A DNA stretch of 64,000 nt from NCBI GenBank assembly GCA_963805855.1, contig CAWDVW010000005.1:384001-448000 (forward strand), given 5' to 3'. Below, in pieces: positions 41,692-51,798 of this stretch (positions are counted from its first letter, which is position 1; every line of letters starts with the position of its first letter). The notes beneath the pieces were generated by a model. That model was given only the letters and a program-made list of their open reading frames with translations, was not told the origin of the DNA and did not search any database. The translations under genes and the position numbers were made by a program. Origin of the DNA: Candidatus Dadabacteria bacterium (GTDB lineage: Bacteria; Desulfobacterota_D; UBA1144; Nemesobacterales; CSP1-2).

Positions 41692-43227
41692 ATGGCTAAG
41701 CCTGACAATTGTGTCGTTGTAATTTTTGGTGCGTCCGGCGATCTGACAAAGAGAAAACTGGTACCGGCGCTCTACGCCCTTTATATTCAATATGAACTAC
41801 CAAAACAGTTTGCGGTCTTGGGGACAAGCAGGAGCCCCATCTCCGACATAGATTTCCAGAAAAGGATTGTAGAAGATATCAAAGCGTTCGGCCCGAAAAA
41901 GCCAATCGATCGAAAAAAGCTAAGTGAATTTTCGAAAAACTTCTATTATCAACCCCTTGACGCCACTAATGCAGACGAGTTTGAATTACTGAAGAACAGA
42001 CTCTCTGACTTATCCAAAAAAACGAAAAGCAACGAGAATTATCTCTATTATCTCTCCACGTCGCCTGCCCTATTCCCGACGATTGCGGAGAATCTAGGGA
42101 AAAAGGGGCTTCAGAAGGAACAGAACGGGACAGGCTGGAAGAGAATCATAATCGAAAAACCCTTCGGGCGCGACCTTAACTCCGCCCGGGGTTTAAATGC
42201 CAGATTGCAAAGCCATTTCAAGGAAGACCAGATTTACCGAATCGATCATTACTTAGGTAAAGAAACGGTCCAAAATATCATGGCTTTTCGTTTTGCTAAT
42301 GGGCTTATCGAGCCAATATGGAATAGAAATTTCATTTCTCGCGTGGAGGTAACCGCGGCCGAATCGATCGGAGTTGAAGAAAGGGGTGGATACTATGACC
42401 ACTATGGTGTTATAAGGGATATGGTTCAAAACCACCTGCTCCAGGTGGTAGGAACAATAGCAATGGAACCTCCACCCATTTTTGATGCAACTGCAGTGCG
42501 TAACGAAACAGTTAAGGTATTTCAGTCTCTAAAGCCAATCAAAACAAATGAAGTCAGAAAATACGTCGTTGCGGGTCAATACGTGGCATCAAAGATTCGG
42601 GGTGAAAGTGTTCCTGGATATCGTGATGAAAAGGACGTCGTGAAAGATTCCAGAACACCAACATTTGTCGCTCTAAAAATATTCATCGAGAATTGGCGCT
42701 GGGGGGATGTACCGTTTTTTGTAAGAACAGGAAAACGACTACCTACAAGGGTTACAGAGGTTGTCATATATTTTAAGAAAACGCCCCACCATCTGTTTGC
42801 TGCAAACGATAATCGTAACATCAGTTGTAACCAGCTGATCATCAGGATACAACCCGATGAAGGCACATTGCTTAAATTTGGAATTAAAACGCCCGGTTCA
42901 GGTTTCAATATCGAAGACGTAAGCATGGACTTCCATTATTCCGAGCTTGCTAATACACATGTTCCAGAAGCATATGAGCGCTTGATTCTTGATTGCATGG
43001 TCGGAGATGCGACACTGTACGCCCGTATAGATGCAGTTGAGTCGTGCTGGAGATTTGTAGATCCTATTCTCAATGTATTGGAAAAAAATTCAAGGACGAA
43101 AATGTACGGCTATCCTGCAGGCACGTGGGGCCCGATTGAGTCTCATAAACTTTTTGACAGCCCCAGCGAGGATTGGCGCTATCCCTGTAAGAACCTAGCA
43201 ACCGAAGGGGAGTATTGCGAACTGTAG
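41692..43227 (+). CDS. zwf: Glucose-6-phosphate 1-dehydrogenase
   Basis: GASGDL, EKPFG, RIDHYLGKE, RDMVQNH, RTGKRL. Confidence 0.97.
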   Translation: MAKPDNCVVVIFGASGDLTKRKLVPALYALYIQYELPKQFAVLGTSRSPISDIDFQKRIVEDIKAFGPKKPIDRKKLSEFSKNFYYQPLDATNADEFELLKNRLSDLSKKTKSNENYLYYLSTSPALFPTIAENLGKKGLQKEQNGTGWKRIIIEKPFGRDLNSARGLNARLQSHFKEDQIYRIDHYLGKETVQNIMAFRFANGLIEPIWNRNFISRVEVTAAESIGVEERGGYYDHYGVIRDMVQNHLLQVVGTIAMEPPPIFDATAVRNETVKVFQSLKPIKTNEVRKYVVAGQYVASKIRGESVPGYRDEKDVVKDSRTPTFVALKIFIENWRWGDVPFFVRTGKRLPTRVTEVVIYFKKTPHHLFAANDNRNISCNQLIIRIQPDEGTLLKFGIKTPGSGFNIEDVSMDFHYSELANTHVPEAYERLILDCMVGDATLYARIDAVESCWRFVDPILNVLEKNSRTKMYGYPAGTWGPIESHKLFDSPSEDWRYPCKNLATEGEYCEL

Positions 43228-43280
43228 TATCTATATTTAATGCCTAATCGACATTTTAGCTTTAGCAGTAAGGTAAATTT

Positions 43281-44012
43281 ATGAATAGAGAAATCTATAT
43301 TTTCAATGATAAACAGGAACTTGCAGATAGATTAGCATCAGATTTTCAAAGGGCGGTGGAACATAGTAGAAACCGAGGAAAGGGAATTTCTATTGCGCTT
43401 TCCGGAGGTAGCACCCCCCGCATCTTTTTCGAAAGGCTGGCACTACCGCCATATCTCGAACGAGTTCCCTGGAGCAATGTAAACCTATTCTGGGGAGATG
43501 AACGCTGTGTCCCACCTGACGACGGACAAAGCAACTTTAAAATGGCAAACGATACTTTCATATCCAAAGTAAATATCCCTGATCAGAATGTCCACCGAAT
43601 AATTGGAGAAAATCCGCCTGAAGCAGAGGTACTAAGATATGCAGATGAAATCCAAAAAAATCTTCCTTCCAACAATGGCTTTCCCGAGTTTGACTGGATT
43701 TTCCTGGGAATGGGAACAGACGGACATACCGCATCACTTTTTCCAGACGCCCCGACTCTAAAGGAAATGAACTCAATATGTGTAGTAGCGGAACATCCAG
43801 AAACTGGGCAAAAAAGAATCAGCCTTACCCTACCGGTAATCAATAACGCCAGGCGTGTTTCTTTCCTGGCAGCTGGCAAAGACAAAGCCAAGGTTCTCAA
43901 AGAAATCCTGGAAAAAGGGGATTCGCCTCTAAGCTATCCTGCTTCAAAAGTTAATCCCAAAAATGGAGTTCTCGAGTGGTACATAGATAAGGCGGCGGCT
44001 TCTGAGAATTAA
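43281..44012 (+). CDS. pgl: 6-phosphogluconolactonase
   Basis: LSGGSTP, FWGDERCVP, LGMGTDGHTASLFP, RISLT. Confidence 0.95.
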   Translation: MNREIYIFNDKQELADRLASDFQRAVEHSRNRGKGISIALSGGSTPRIFFERLALPPYLERVPWSNVNLFWGDERCVPPDDGQSNFKMANDTFISKVNIPDQNVHRIIGENPPEAEVLRYADEIQKNLPSNNGFPEFDWIFLGMGTDGHTASLFPDAPTLKEMNSICVVAEHPETGQKRISLTLPVINNARRVSFLAAGKDKAKVLKEILEKGDSPLSYPASKVNPKNGVLEWYIDKAAASEN

Positions 44013-44414
44013 AGACAAGATTACAAAAAGCAGTTTTTGTCATTTTAATCTACAATTTAGAATATACTTGAACTTGAATTTGATAGAGTCGATTAAAAAA
44101 ATCTTTGGTAAGCTCGGTACTGTAAGAGAAATAATTCTTATACTTAGAGCTTTTCTTTTCGTCTCACTCCTTGCTCTTCTGGTAGCGCTCATAATTTATT
44201 ACTTGCTTCAACCCATATATTTCTAGACTAGGATTCTCAGACACGAACCCGAGATTTTCTAATCTCTGGCTAAAGCACAGTATTCCTATTATGGGTAGGT
44301 CATGAGTCTTGCTCGTGACATTTGATTTTTCCACCAGCAAGACTGGTGGGCTACCCACGTTAAGACTACCAATATAGCCGGATCGGCTATGAGCGTTACC
44401 AAAAAAGAAAAAAA

Positions 44415-45743
44415 TCACTCCGTCAACCATATGTATCGGGCGATAAATAAGATAGCAAAAAAATAAATCAACCAGTGGACTTCTTTCCTTTTCCCGGTAA
44501 AAAGCTTTAGAAGCGAGTAAGAAATAACTCCTATCGATATGCCCTCGGTTATACTAAAGGCAAGAGGCATAATGATTAGTGTCAGAAACGCAGGAATAGA
44601 TTCCGTAAAATCATCCCACTCAACGTTAACAATATTCTTAAACATCAGGCCACCGACAATTATTAATGCAGGCGCTATCACAGGATAAAGAGTAACGCCA
44701 TCCTGAATCTTGTATCCAGCGCCTATCATCTGTATGATAGGATGGAAAAAGATTGCACCAATCATTAATAGGGCTGTAACTACGTTTGTGAGGCCAGTAC
44801 GACCCCCAGCGGAAATACCGGATGCGCTTTCGATATAGGCGGTAATAGTTGATGTCCCGAGCAGTGCCCCTGCACTCGTCGATATCGCATCAGTGAGAAG
44901 AGCCTGCCTAGCCCTCGGCAGCTTCCCGTCGACCATCAGGCCGGATTGCTGGCCGACTCCGATTAAAGTCCCAATTGTATCAAACATATCGAGAAAAAGA
45001 AAAATAAATATCACGGTGAGTAGATTAGGATCCTTGAAGACATTGGGGAACTGAAGCTTCAACATGGTGGGTAAAATTGAGGGGGGAGCAGACACGATTC
45101 CCTTAAATTCGATAACCCCAACAATCAGCCCAAGTATACTGGTTGCAACGATTCCAATTAATATAGCTCCTCTTATCCTTAGAGCTAGGAGCAGGGCGAT
45201 TAAAAGTAAACCAAACACGGAAACTAGGGTAGGAGCAGATTTTAGATTACCGAGGGTGACATATGTTACTTGATGACCTACTACGATGCCACTCCATTCC
45301 AGCCCTACTAAGGCTATTAAGAGACCAATGCCAACTGGGATCCCGTTCTTTAAACAGTCGGGAAGCACAATCATTAACTTCTCGCGCAAACCGACTGTAG
45401 AAAGAAGGATAAAAATTAAACCGGCTATGAAAACCGAACCGAGCGCAACCTGCCATGAATAGCCAAGGGTCAATACAACAATATAGGCAAAGAAGAAATT
45501 ATGACCCATGGCTGGCGCAAGAGCGATTGGATAATTGGTCAATACCGCCATTAAAACCATGGCAATAGCGCTAGACAAGCAGGTTGCGACCATAACAGCA
45601 CCCGGATTCATGCCCGCTGCTCCAAGGACAGCCGGCTGTACAAAGATTATGTAGGACATCGTCATAAACGTTGTCACGCCGGCAACGATTTCAGTCCTTA
45701 CATTAGTGCCTGCTTCCTCTAGGTCGAATAGTCCGTCAATCAT
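44415..45743 (-). CDS. NCS2/AzgA-family purine permease
   Basis: GVTTFMTMSYI, APAMG.N.FF, YIESASG...GGRTGLT, PLAFSITEG. Confidence 0.9.
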   Translation of the reverse strand: MIDGLFDLEEAGTNVRTEIVAGVTTFMTMSYIIFVQPAVLGAAGMNPGAVMVATCLSSAIAMVLMAVLTNYPIALAPAMGHNFFFAYIVVLTLGYSWQVALGSVFIAGLIFILLSTVGLREKLMIVLPDCLKNGIPVGIGLLIALVGLEWSGIVVGHQVTYVTLGNLKSAPTLVSVFGLLLIALLLALRIRGAILIGIVATSILGLIVGVIEFKGIVSAPPSILPTMLKLQFPNVFKDPNLLTVIFIFLFLDMFDTIGTLIGVGQQSGLMVDGKLPRARQALLTDAISTSAGALLGTSTITAYIESASGISAGGRTGLTNVVTALLMIGAIFFHPIIQMIGAGYKIQDGVTLYPVIAPALIIVGGLMFKNIVNVEWDDFTESIPAFLTLIIMPLAFSITEGISIGVISYSLLKLFTGKRKEVHWLIYFFAILFIARYIWLTE

Positions 45744-46072
45744 TTCTTAAACAGGAATTAGCATAAGCATAAGATTTAGATATCTATCATTAACCACGGC
45801 ATTATTACACGAACTATGTTTCAATGTCAATTAAATACTGTCAGTTTTCTGTACCCTTTATTAGCTCCAAGAGAGGCTCAGGGGAAATTACCCTTAAAAC
45901 GGGAAGAGAGAGTCTCCGCCCGGCGAGTGCGGGAATTAAAGGTTGGAGTCGAAAATGATACGAATGCTTATCCGTATCAGAACATGATTAATTCATAATC
46001 CAATATTTTATCGACCGAACTGGGAAGCTCAGTCTATCTGGATTATTGCTTATGCCACTACTTAGTGAAAAT

Positions 46073-46660
46073 TTAACCACCTATGTCAATCGGAAGTTCA
46101 CACTCTGGGGCATCTTTACAGGGCTCAAAGTCCCTCCGATTGCCGTGATCTGCCTCCATTCCGTACCTATGGGCAAGCTCGTGTTTGAAGAAAGAAAAAT
46201 CCTTGCACTGGCCGATAGTCCTTTTTGATATGATTGTCAAATCCGCGCCGGGACCAGCAAAGTAGACCCCTGCACACACATCCGTAGTCGGTCCTACACA
46301 TTTAAATGTCAACGGTACTACAAATACCCTTTGCTCTGAAAGCGGAGGGATTATTTGTCCGTTTTCAATCTCAACATCCTGAAATCCGACATTAGGGTCT
46401 CCAAATTGACAGTCTAAGAAGCTTGCCGCTCTGTTATCTAGCTTATTCAAGATGTCGTCAACATTACCACTCACATCGCCTCTAATTGCCACCTTCATAC
46501 CATAAAGCGGGGTCCTCAAATTGTAACTCTGGGCATCGGCGTCCTCAAACGTAATCAGCGGATCTGGTGAACCTGTTTCCGGAACAACATCACCCAGACT
46601 ATCACAAGATATAAGGACAAGAACAGTAATTAGCAGATTTAAAATAAACAATAATCTCAA
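46073..46660 (-). CDS. Cys-rich lipoprotein with zinc-metallopeptidase motif
   Basis: AGGAGG RBS, lipobox LISC, HELAHRYGMEADH. Confidence 0.7.
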   Translation of the reverse strand: MRLLFILNLLITVLVLISCDSLGDVVPETGSPDPLITFEDADAQSYNLRTPLYGMKVAIRGDVSGNVDDILNKLDNRAASFLDCQFGDPNVGFQDVEIENGQIIPPLSEQRVFVVPLTFKCVGPTTDVCAGVYFAGPGADLTIISKRTIGQCKDFSFFKHELAHRYGMEADHGNRRDFEPCKDAPECELPIDIGG

Positions 46661-46939
46661 TTTTTATTTCCTCCTTTACAATTTTTTTCCGGATCTAATG
46701 CCTTATATTTTTCATTACGAAGTTAAAACAATACACTCATAATAATCTTTTGACCAATATTACATGATGCTTTCATGAAAAATTCGAACTCGAGTAAAAT
46801 ATCAGACACCGGTGGTCAATGAATGGAAGGAGGAGATGAGCTTTGAGCATTTGCTCGTTTGTTGGTCTGCACCGTAAGGTTCCGACGATCCAGAACTTTT
46901 TATATCATAAGGTGAAACGTCTACTCAGAGCACATGACC

Positions 46940-47716
46940 TCATATTTCCCGGGGTAAAATCAACGGCTCATTAGTAAGAATCTTCTCGGCGGCCTCGTAT
47001 GATTCGATTGTTCCAACATCCAATCTCTTGCCGTTCATCTTAATTGCGTATACAGGTTCCCGTTCAACTAGATAGGATATGAAATGTCCCGGAGCATCCC
47101 CAGCATCCGGTCGTGCCGCATATTCCTCTATGCAACCAAGAGCGGAGGTTTGTATAAAATATATAGGCGGACAGGCCCAGCCTGACCTAGCTTCTATAGG
47201 TTTTTCGCAAAAGCTTAACACGCGATTATCCGGTCCAACTTCAAGAACACCCTTTAGGTTTTTTCTACCGTGATTTATTTCATCTAAAGCTACCACAATA
47301 TTTTTCCCAGTCTTTATAAACGTCTGAGCAACAGGCTTTAATGAGAAGCGAAATATATTATCCCCTGCAGAAACTATAGCAGGCGCTATGGTTTTTAATG
47401 ATTTCACCGCAAGCGCCAAATCTTTAGTAGCTCCAAGACGATTCTCATTACTAGTAGCTCCATCATTATAGAGATGTATATCGATATCATATTCTCTCGA
47501 AATCTTTTTCCACCTGGCTTGCCACTCAAGAAAATTCTTATAAAAGAGTCCATTAGTCACTACATGTATCGACTCCATTTCGGGTAATACCAGCAATTGG
47601 TCCATTAAGTAGTCGAGAACAGGCCTGCCGCCAACCTTTAGCAACGGCTTAGGAAAATTCTTCGTGAGAGGATACATTCGTGTGGCAAATCCAGCGCAGA
47701 GCAGTATAGCTATCAT
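46940..47716 (-). CDS. Sugar-1-phosphate nucleotidyltransferase
   Basis: LCAGFATRMYPLT..PKPLL, AGDN, FCEKP, DVGT. Confidence 0.9.
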   Translation of the reverse strand: MIAILLCAGFATRMYPLTKNFPKPLLKVGGRPVLDYLMDQLLVLPEMESIHVVTNGLFYKNFLEWQARWKKISREYDIDIHLYNDGATSNENRLGATKDLALAVKSLKTIAPAIVSAGDNIFRFSLKPVAQTFIKTGKNIVVALDEINHGRKNLKGVLEVGPDNRVLSFCEKPIEARSGWACPPIYFIQTSALGCIEEYAARPDAGDAPGHFISYLVEREPVYAIKMNGKRLDVGTIESYEAAEKILTNEPLILPREI

Positions 47717-48936
47717 AAGAATCTAATCTCTTCATCGGATTTCACTCTATAAACCGCTGCTTTCCCCTTTGCTTCAGGGAGGCTACTCAGATAGTTCTCT
47801 AATAATTTGGATGAATCTTCATCCGAAAATTCAGGTGTCACGAAACCCATAACACACCCACCATAACCACCACCGCAGAACCTGCTGCCGTAAACTCCAT
47901 TAGTCTCGCTAAATATTCTTTGTAATTTAATGAGCGCAGGACTACCGCTCTCGTAATTCTCAATTGAACTATTACAGGACTCATTCATCAAACGGCCAAA
48001 ATTTACCCAATTCCCGTGGCGCCAACACATAAAACCATCTTCCACAGATCTAACCTCAGAAAAATAGTGGTCAGCCCTCTTCGTTAAATTTTCGGGCAAT
48101 GCGGCTCGATATCGTCTATATACCTCTTCCGGTATGTCAGATAGCGTATTTGCCGGTTCGATTCCCGCCAACTCGCCCAACAACGTCGAAGCTTTCTTGC
48201 ACTCCTCGACACGGGTATTGAAACCACTTGATGTTAGTTCCCTGCTAAATCCAGAATTAACAATTATGATCCTAAAGTCATCACTGTTATTTGGTCTTTC
48301 TACTGATTTTACCTCCGCATTAAGCGTGTTTATATAGAGTAAATGATCTTTCCTTCCATTAAGAATCGTTGCCTGGTCAAGTATCCCGTTTTGCAAGCCT
48401 AGGTATTCGTTTTCAAGCCTCCGATCCAACTGAATAAAGTCATGGTTCGAGAAGTCCAGTTCGTTTACCCTTGCAAGGGCATAAAGATATGACAAACCAA
48501 CCGAAGCAGAAGAACTCAAGCCACTCGAGGGCAGGGTCCCGTTTACAGCGCCCACAAATCCGCGGGAAAGAGTGTTTACGTCCCCGAGTACTTTCGTCGC
48601 TCCTCGAGCATATCTTCCCCAATCACCAATATCAGCCGGAAAGACCTTCTGAAGATCAAATTCCACTACACCCGGATAATTCATGCTGTGCAACCGCACT
48701 TTTGGAGCGACAACCGGTATGAAAGCAAGAACCGTATAGGCTTCTATCGTCATTCCTAATACCGGCCCGCCCTGATGGTCAATATGTGCTCCCAGAGGAC
48801 AAACTCGGTAAGGAGAAACTATAAAGTTGAGATTTCTTTCAGAAATCCTCTCGCGTCGCTGAAGAAATGATATCAGTTCCTCTTTAAGTTTATAAATAGG
48901 CTTAAATTCTTTAATCACCTTTAATATGATCTGCAA
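47713..48936 (-). CDS. GHMP sugar kinase (galactokinase/galacturonokinase-like)
   Basis: SPYRVCPLGAHIDHQGG, PSSGLSSSAS, GILDQ, GSRFCGGGYGG; ATGA-coupled to the nucleotidyltransferase. Confidence 0.85.
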   Translation of the reverse strand: MQIILKVIKEFKPIYKLKEELISFLQRRERISERNLNFIVSPYRVCPLGAHIDHQGGPVLGMTIEAYTVLAFIPVVAPKVRLHSMNYPGVVEFDLQKVFPADIGDWGRYARGATKVLGDVNTLSRGFVGAVNGTLPSSGLSSSASVGLSYLYALARVNELDFSNHDFIQLDRRLENEYLGLQNGILDQATILNGRKDHLLYINTLNAEVKSVERPNNSDDFRIIIVNSGFSRELTSSGFNTRVEECKKASTLLGELAGIEPANTLSDIPEEVYRRYRAALPENLTKRADHYFSEVRSVEDGFMCWRHGNWVNFGRLMNESCNSSIENYESGSPALIKLQRIFSETNGVYGSRFCGGGYGGCVMGFVTPEFSDEDSSKLLENYLSSLPEAKGKAAVYRVKSDEEIRFL

Positions 48937-49022
48937 AAATAGAACGGGATCTTTAGCGTTTATTAATAATTCATAGACCTACGATCAAATCTTTTACATG
49001 ATTTTTATATCCTTCACTATTG

Positions 49023-49050
49023 TAGGGAACGCATATATGCGTTCCCTACT
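49023..49050. repeat. GTAG-type REP palindrome
   Basis: GTAGGGAACGCATATATGCGTTCCCTAC perfect palindrome. Confidence 0.75.
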
Positions 49051-49134
49051 TTGTAACCACAAGCCACTACGGCAAAAGAATTTCCCCTACAATCACTCCT
49101 CTTATTAGGAGGATGAAGGTCTGGCGAATGAATT

Positions 49135-51216
49135 TTATTCCGCGACAGCAGAAATTCTTTGAATCTCATTTTGAAGCTGGTATAGATTAAAATAAATTCC
49201 TTCCCTTTTTAATAATTCATCGTGAGTACCAACCTCATAGATCTCACCTTTATGGATGACGATAATCTTGTCTGCATCTCTGACATTAGAGAGCCTATGA
49301 GCAATAATTAAAGTTGTTCGCTTTTTCGACCCTTTTTTAATTTCATCTCGCACCCTCGATTCTATTTGAGCATCTATATGAGAAGTAGCTTCATCGAGTA
49401 TCAAGAAATTGACATCTTTATTAAAAGCGTGGCCAATTGAAACGAGCTGTCTCTCTCCGGAAGAAATAAAACTACCGTCACTCTCTACAAGATCATCAAC
49501 CCCTGTAGCCCTTGCAAAATCATCTCCATTTCCAGAATGACCATCGGTCATAGTCCTCCCGAACAGAAATAGATCCTGAAAGACCGCAGATATATTTGCC
49601 CTCAAAAACTCCCGACTATACTCTCTTATATCCAACCCATCAAAAATGATCTGGCCTTTCTGTATGTCGTAAAACCGTAGGATTAAATTAACTATAGTGG
49701 TTTTTCCAGAGCCTGTCAGGCCAACAAGGGCGACAGTCTGCCCGGCACCCACTGTAAAAGAAACGTCTTTTAAAACCCACTCGCCTTCATCATATGCAAA
49801 CCAGACATTCCTAAATTCAAGCTCTCCGTTAACATTTTCCTCCCTTCTTCCTCTATCCCTTCCCTCAGGCTCAACTTTTGAAAGATCGTAAAGATTTTCC
49901 GATGCGGCAATTGCGGATTGAAAAATATTGTACCTCTCCGTGAGCTCCACGATTGGCCTAAAGAGCATTCTTACATAGTAAAGGTATGCGATAAGTGCCC
50001 CGAGAGTGAGGTCCAGGCTCAAAACGCTAAGACCCCCATACCAGAGTATTAAGGCTACGGAGAAAACACTAATAAATTCAATGACCGGCCTGAACGTAGC
50101 GAATGCCCATAACTGATCCATATTTGCTTCATAGTTCTTTCGATTCACATCCTTAAATCTTTCAAAGTTTTCCCCCTCTCTCCCATATAGTTTAATCAGC
50201 ACGATTCCTCTGACGCTTTCCTGAACAAACGCATTTAGCTGAGCGACCGTCTTTCTAACGTTTCTATAAACCATCTTGAGCCTCATTCTAAACAGGGCCC
50301 CGACAACTCCGACTACGATGGTAAGGCAAAGTATAAAGATGGTTAGATTCCTGTTCATATAAAACATCAAAATCAGCACCCCAAAAATTACCAAAACATC
50401 TTTAAGAAATTGAACCAGCACAGAGGTATACATCTCGTTTATCGCGTCTACATCATTCGTAACACGGGTTGACAACCTGCCTACAGGGTTATTGTCAAAG
50501 AATGTCTGAGGAAGGGATAGGATATGCGAAAACACCCCTACCCTGATGTTATGCATGATTTTTTGCCCTGAGTAATTGAGAAAGTATGTATATAATGAAC
50601 TGAAAAGGAAAACGCCAAAAAGACTCATTAAAAGAATTGTTGCAAGCCTTTTTACTCCGCTAATTTCCTCGCTTCTTAATATACCAACCTCAGATCTGCT
50701 CAATTTGTTAAGGGACGAATAGCCGACGATAAAAGATTTACCAAGAGGGCTAATCACATCGGGGTGATCTTCGATAATTTCGTGTATTTTCCTCATCCTG
50801 TCTGTACTAACCTTTGCCGGGTCAATAACCAAGTATCTTTCTTCCGAGACCATCCCAAGCTTCTCTAGATTATTCTTTTCTGCCGTATTGACTGCGGAGA
50901 GATCGATTAAATATCTATCTTCATCCAGTTTGATTATCGAAGTAGGGTATTTCTCTTTTAGCTGTTTTTCGAATTTGCTATCTTGCTCCTGATCCGAAAA
51001 GGTTGCCTCCCTCCAGGATGGGAAAATGAATGCATCCACTGCGATCTTGGTTAAATATGGTATGAGAAGCTCAAGTCCGGCGGTGATGATCATAAAAACC
51101 AATGAGAAAAGAAATAACCGCTTAAAAGGCTTAGCAAAGCCAAATAGCCACCGGATCAACTTTAGGTCATAGGTAACCTTTGCTCGCTTTTCCTCTTCCT
51201 GTTTCATTAACGCCAA
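49135..51216 (-). CDS. ABC exporter subunit (TMD-NBD) with large extracytoplasmic loop, BmrD/YheH-like
   Basis: Long TM1-TM2 insertion, Walker A GLTGSGKT, LDEATS, IAHR. Confidence 0.88.
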   Translation of the reverse strand: MALMKQEEEKRAKVTYDLKLIRWLFGFAKPFKRLFLFSLVFMIITAGLELLIPYLTKIAVDAFIFPSWREATFSDQEQDSKFEKQLKEKYPTSIIKLDEDRYLIDLSAVNTAEKNNLEKLGMVSEERYLVIDPAKVSTDRMRKIHEIIEDHPDVISPLGKSFIVGYSSLNKLSRSEVGILRSEEISGVKRLATILLMSLFGVFLFSSLYTYFLNYSGQKIMHNIRVGVFSHILSLPQTFFDNNPVGRLSTRVTNDVDAINEMYTSVLVQFLKDVLVIFGVLILMFYMNRNLTIFILCLTIVVGVVGALFRMRLKMVYRNVRKTVAQLNAFVQESVRGIVLIKLYGREGENFERFKDVNRKNYEANMDQLWAFATFRPVIEFISVFSVALILWYGGLSVLSLDLTLGALIAYLYYVRMLFRPIVELTERYNIFQSAIAASENLYDLSKVEPEGRDRGRREENVNGELEFRNVWFAYDEGEWVLKDVSFTVGAGQTVALVGLTGSGKTTIVNLILRFYDIQKGQIIFDGLDIREYSREFLRANISAVFQDLFLFGRTMTDGHSGNGDDFARATGVDDLVESDGSFISSGERQLVSIGHAFNKDVNFLILDEATSHIDAQIESRVRDEIKKGSKKRTTLIIAHRLSNVRDADKIIVIHKGEIYEVGTHDELLKREGIYFNLYQLQNEIQRISAVAE

Positions 51217-51271
51217 TTTAAACGCTCCATTTTATATGAAATCTTTTTGTGCTCACTTCCCAACCTATCTC

Positions 51272-51766
51272 TCCCTCCCCCCTTGAGGGGGAGGAATTAA
51301 AAGTGGGGGGTATCATCCTCAAGACCCAACGCCTCTGCAATAACCTCTTGTACTACTTCAATCTCCGTCAAAACTTGGTTATTCCAAAATCTAATCACTC
51401 TAAAACCGCGAGACTCTAACCAGTGACTACGCCTAGCATCGTGAGCAATCTGTTCATCATGATGTCCTCCGTCTACCTCTATTATCAACCTTTTTTCTAA
51501 ACATATAAAATCAACTATATAAGGTCCTAATATGTGCTGTCTTCGAAACTTATGGCCACCAATCTGTCTTCTCTGTAAATGAATCCACAATTTCCTTTCA
51601 GCATCGGTTGGGTTTTTTCTTAACTCTCTAGCTCTACTCCTGCTCATGTGTTAATCACCCCCATCTTTAATCTTCCCCCGTCAAGGGGGAAGAGAATATG
51701 AAATGCCACCTTCGCCGAACGAAACCTCCTCCCCCCTTGAGGGGGAGGAACTAAAGGTGGGGGGGC
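51272..51766. repeat. Three REP-like hairpins flanking DUF559 gene
   Basis: TCCCCCCTTGAGGGGGAGG...GTGGGGGG at about 51276 and 51730, inverted relative at about 51656-51693. Confidence 0.75.
51297..51647 (-). CDS. DUF559 (Vsr-like) endonuclease
   Basis: ARELRKNPTDAERKLW, KFRRQH, YIVDF, IEVDGGHH, GFRVIRFWN. Confidence 0.92.
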   Translation of the reverse strand: MSRSRARELRKNPTDAERKLWIHLQRRQIGGHKFRRQHILGPYIVDFICLEKRLIIEVDGGHHDEQIAHDARRSHWLESRGFRVIRFWNNQVLTEIEVVQEVIAEALGLEDDTPHF

Positions 51767-51798
51767 AAGAATTATAACCTTCCTCATCATCGTAATTA

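Noticed and set aside
44164-44430. 88-aa minus-strand ORF after the permease
   Set aside because: No recognisable family or RBS; cannot be supported.
45744-46070. Purine riboswitch upstream of the AzgA-like permease
   Set aside because: No recognisable purine-aptamer core; the region looks like a degenerate REP.
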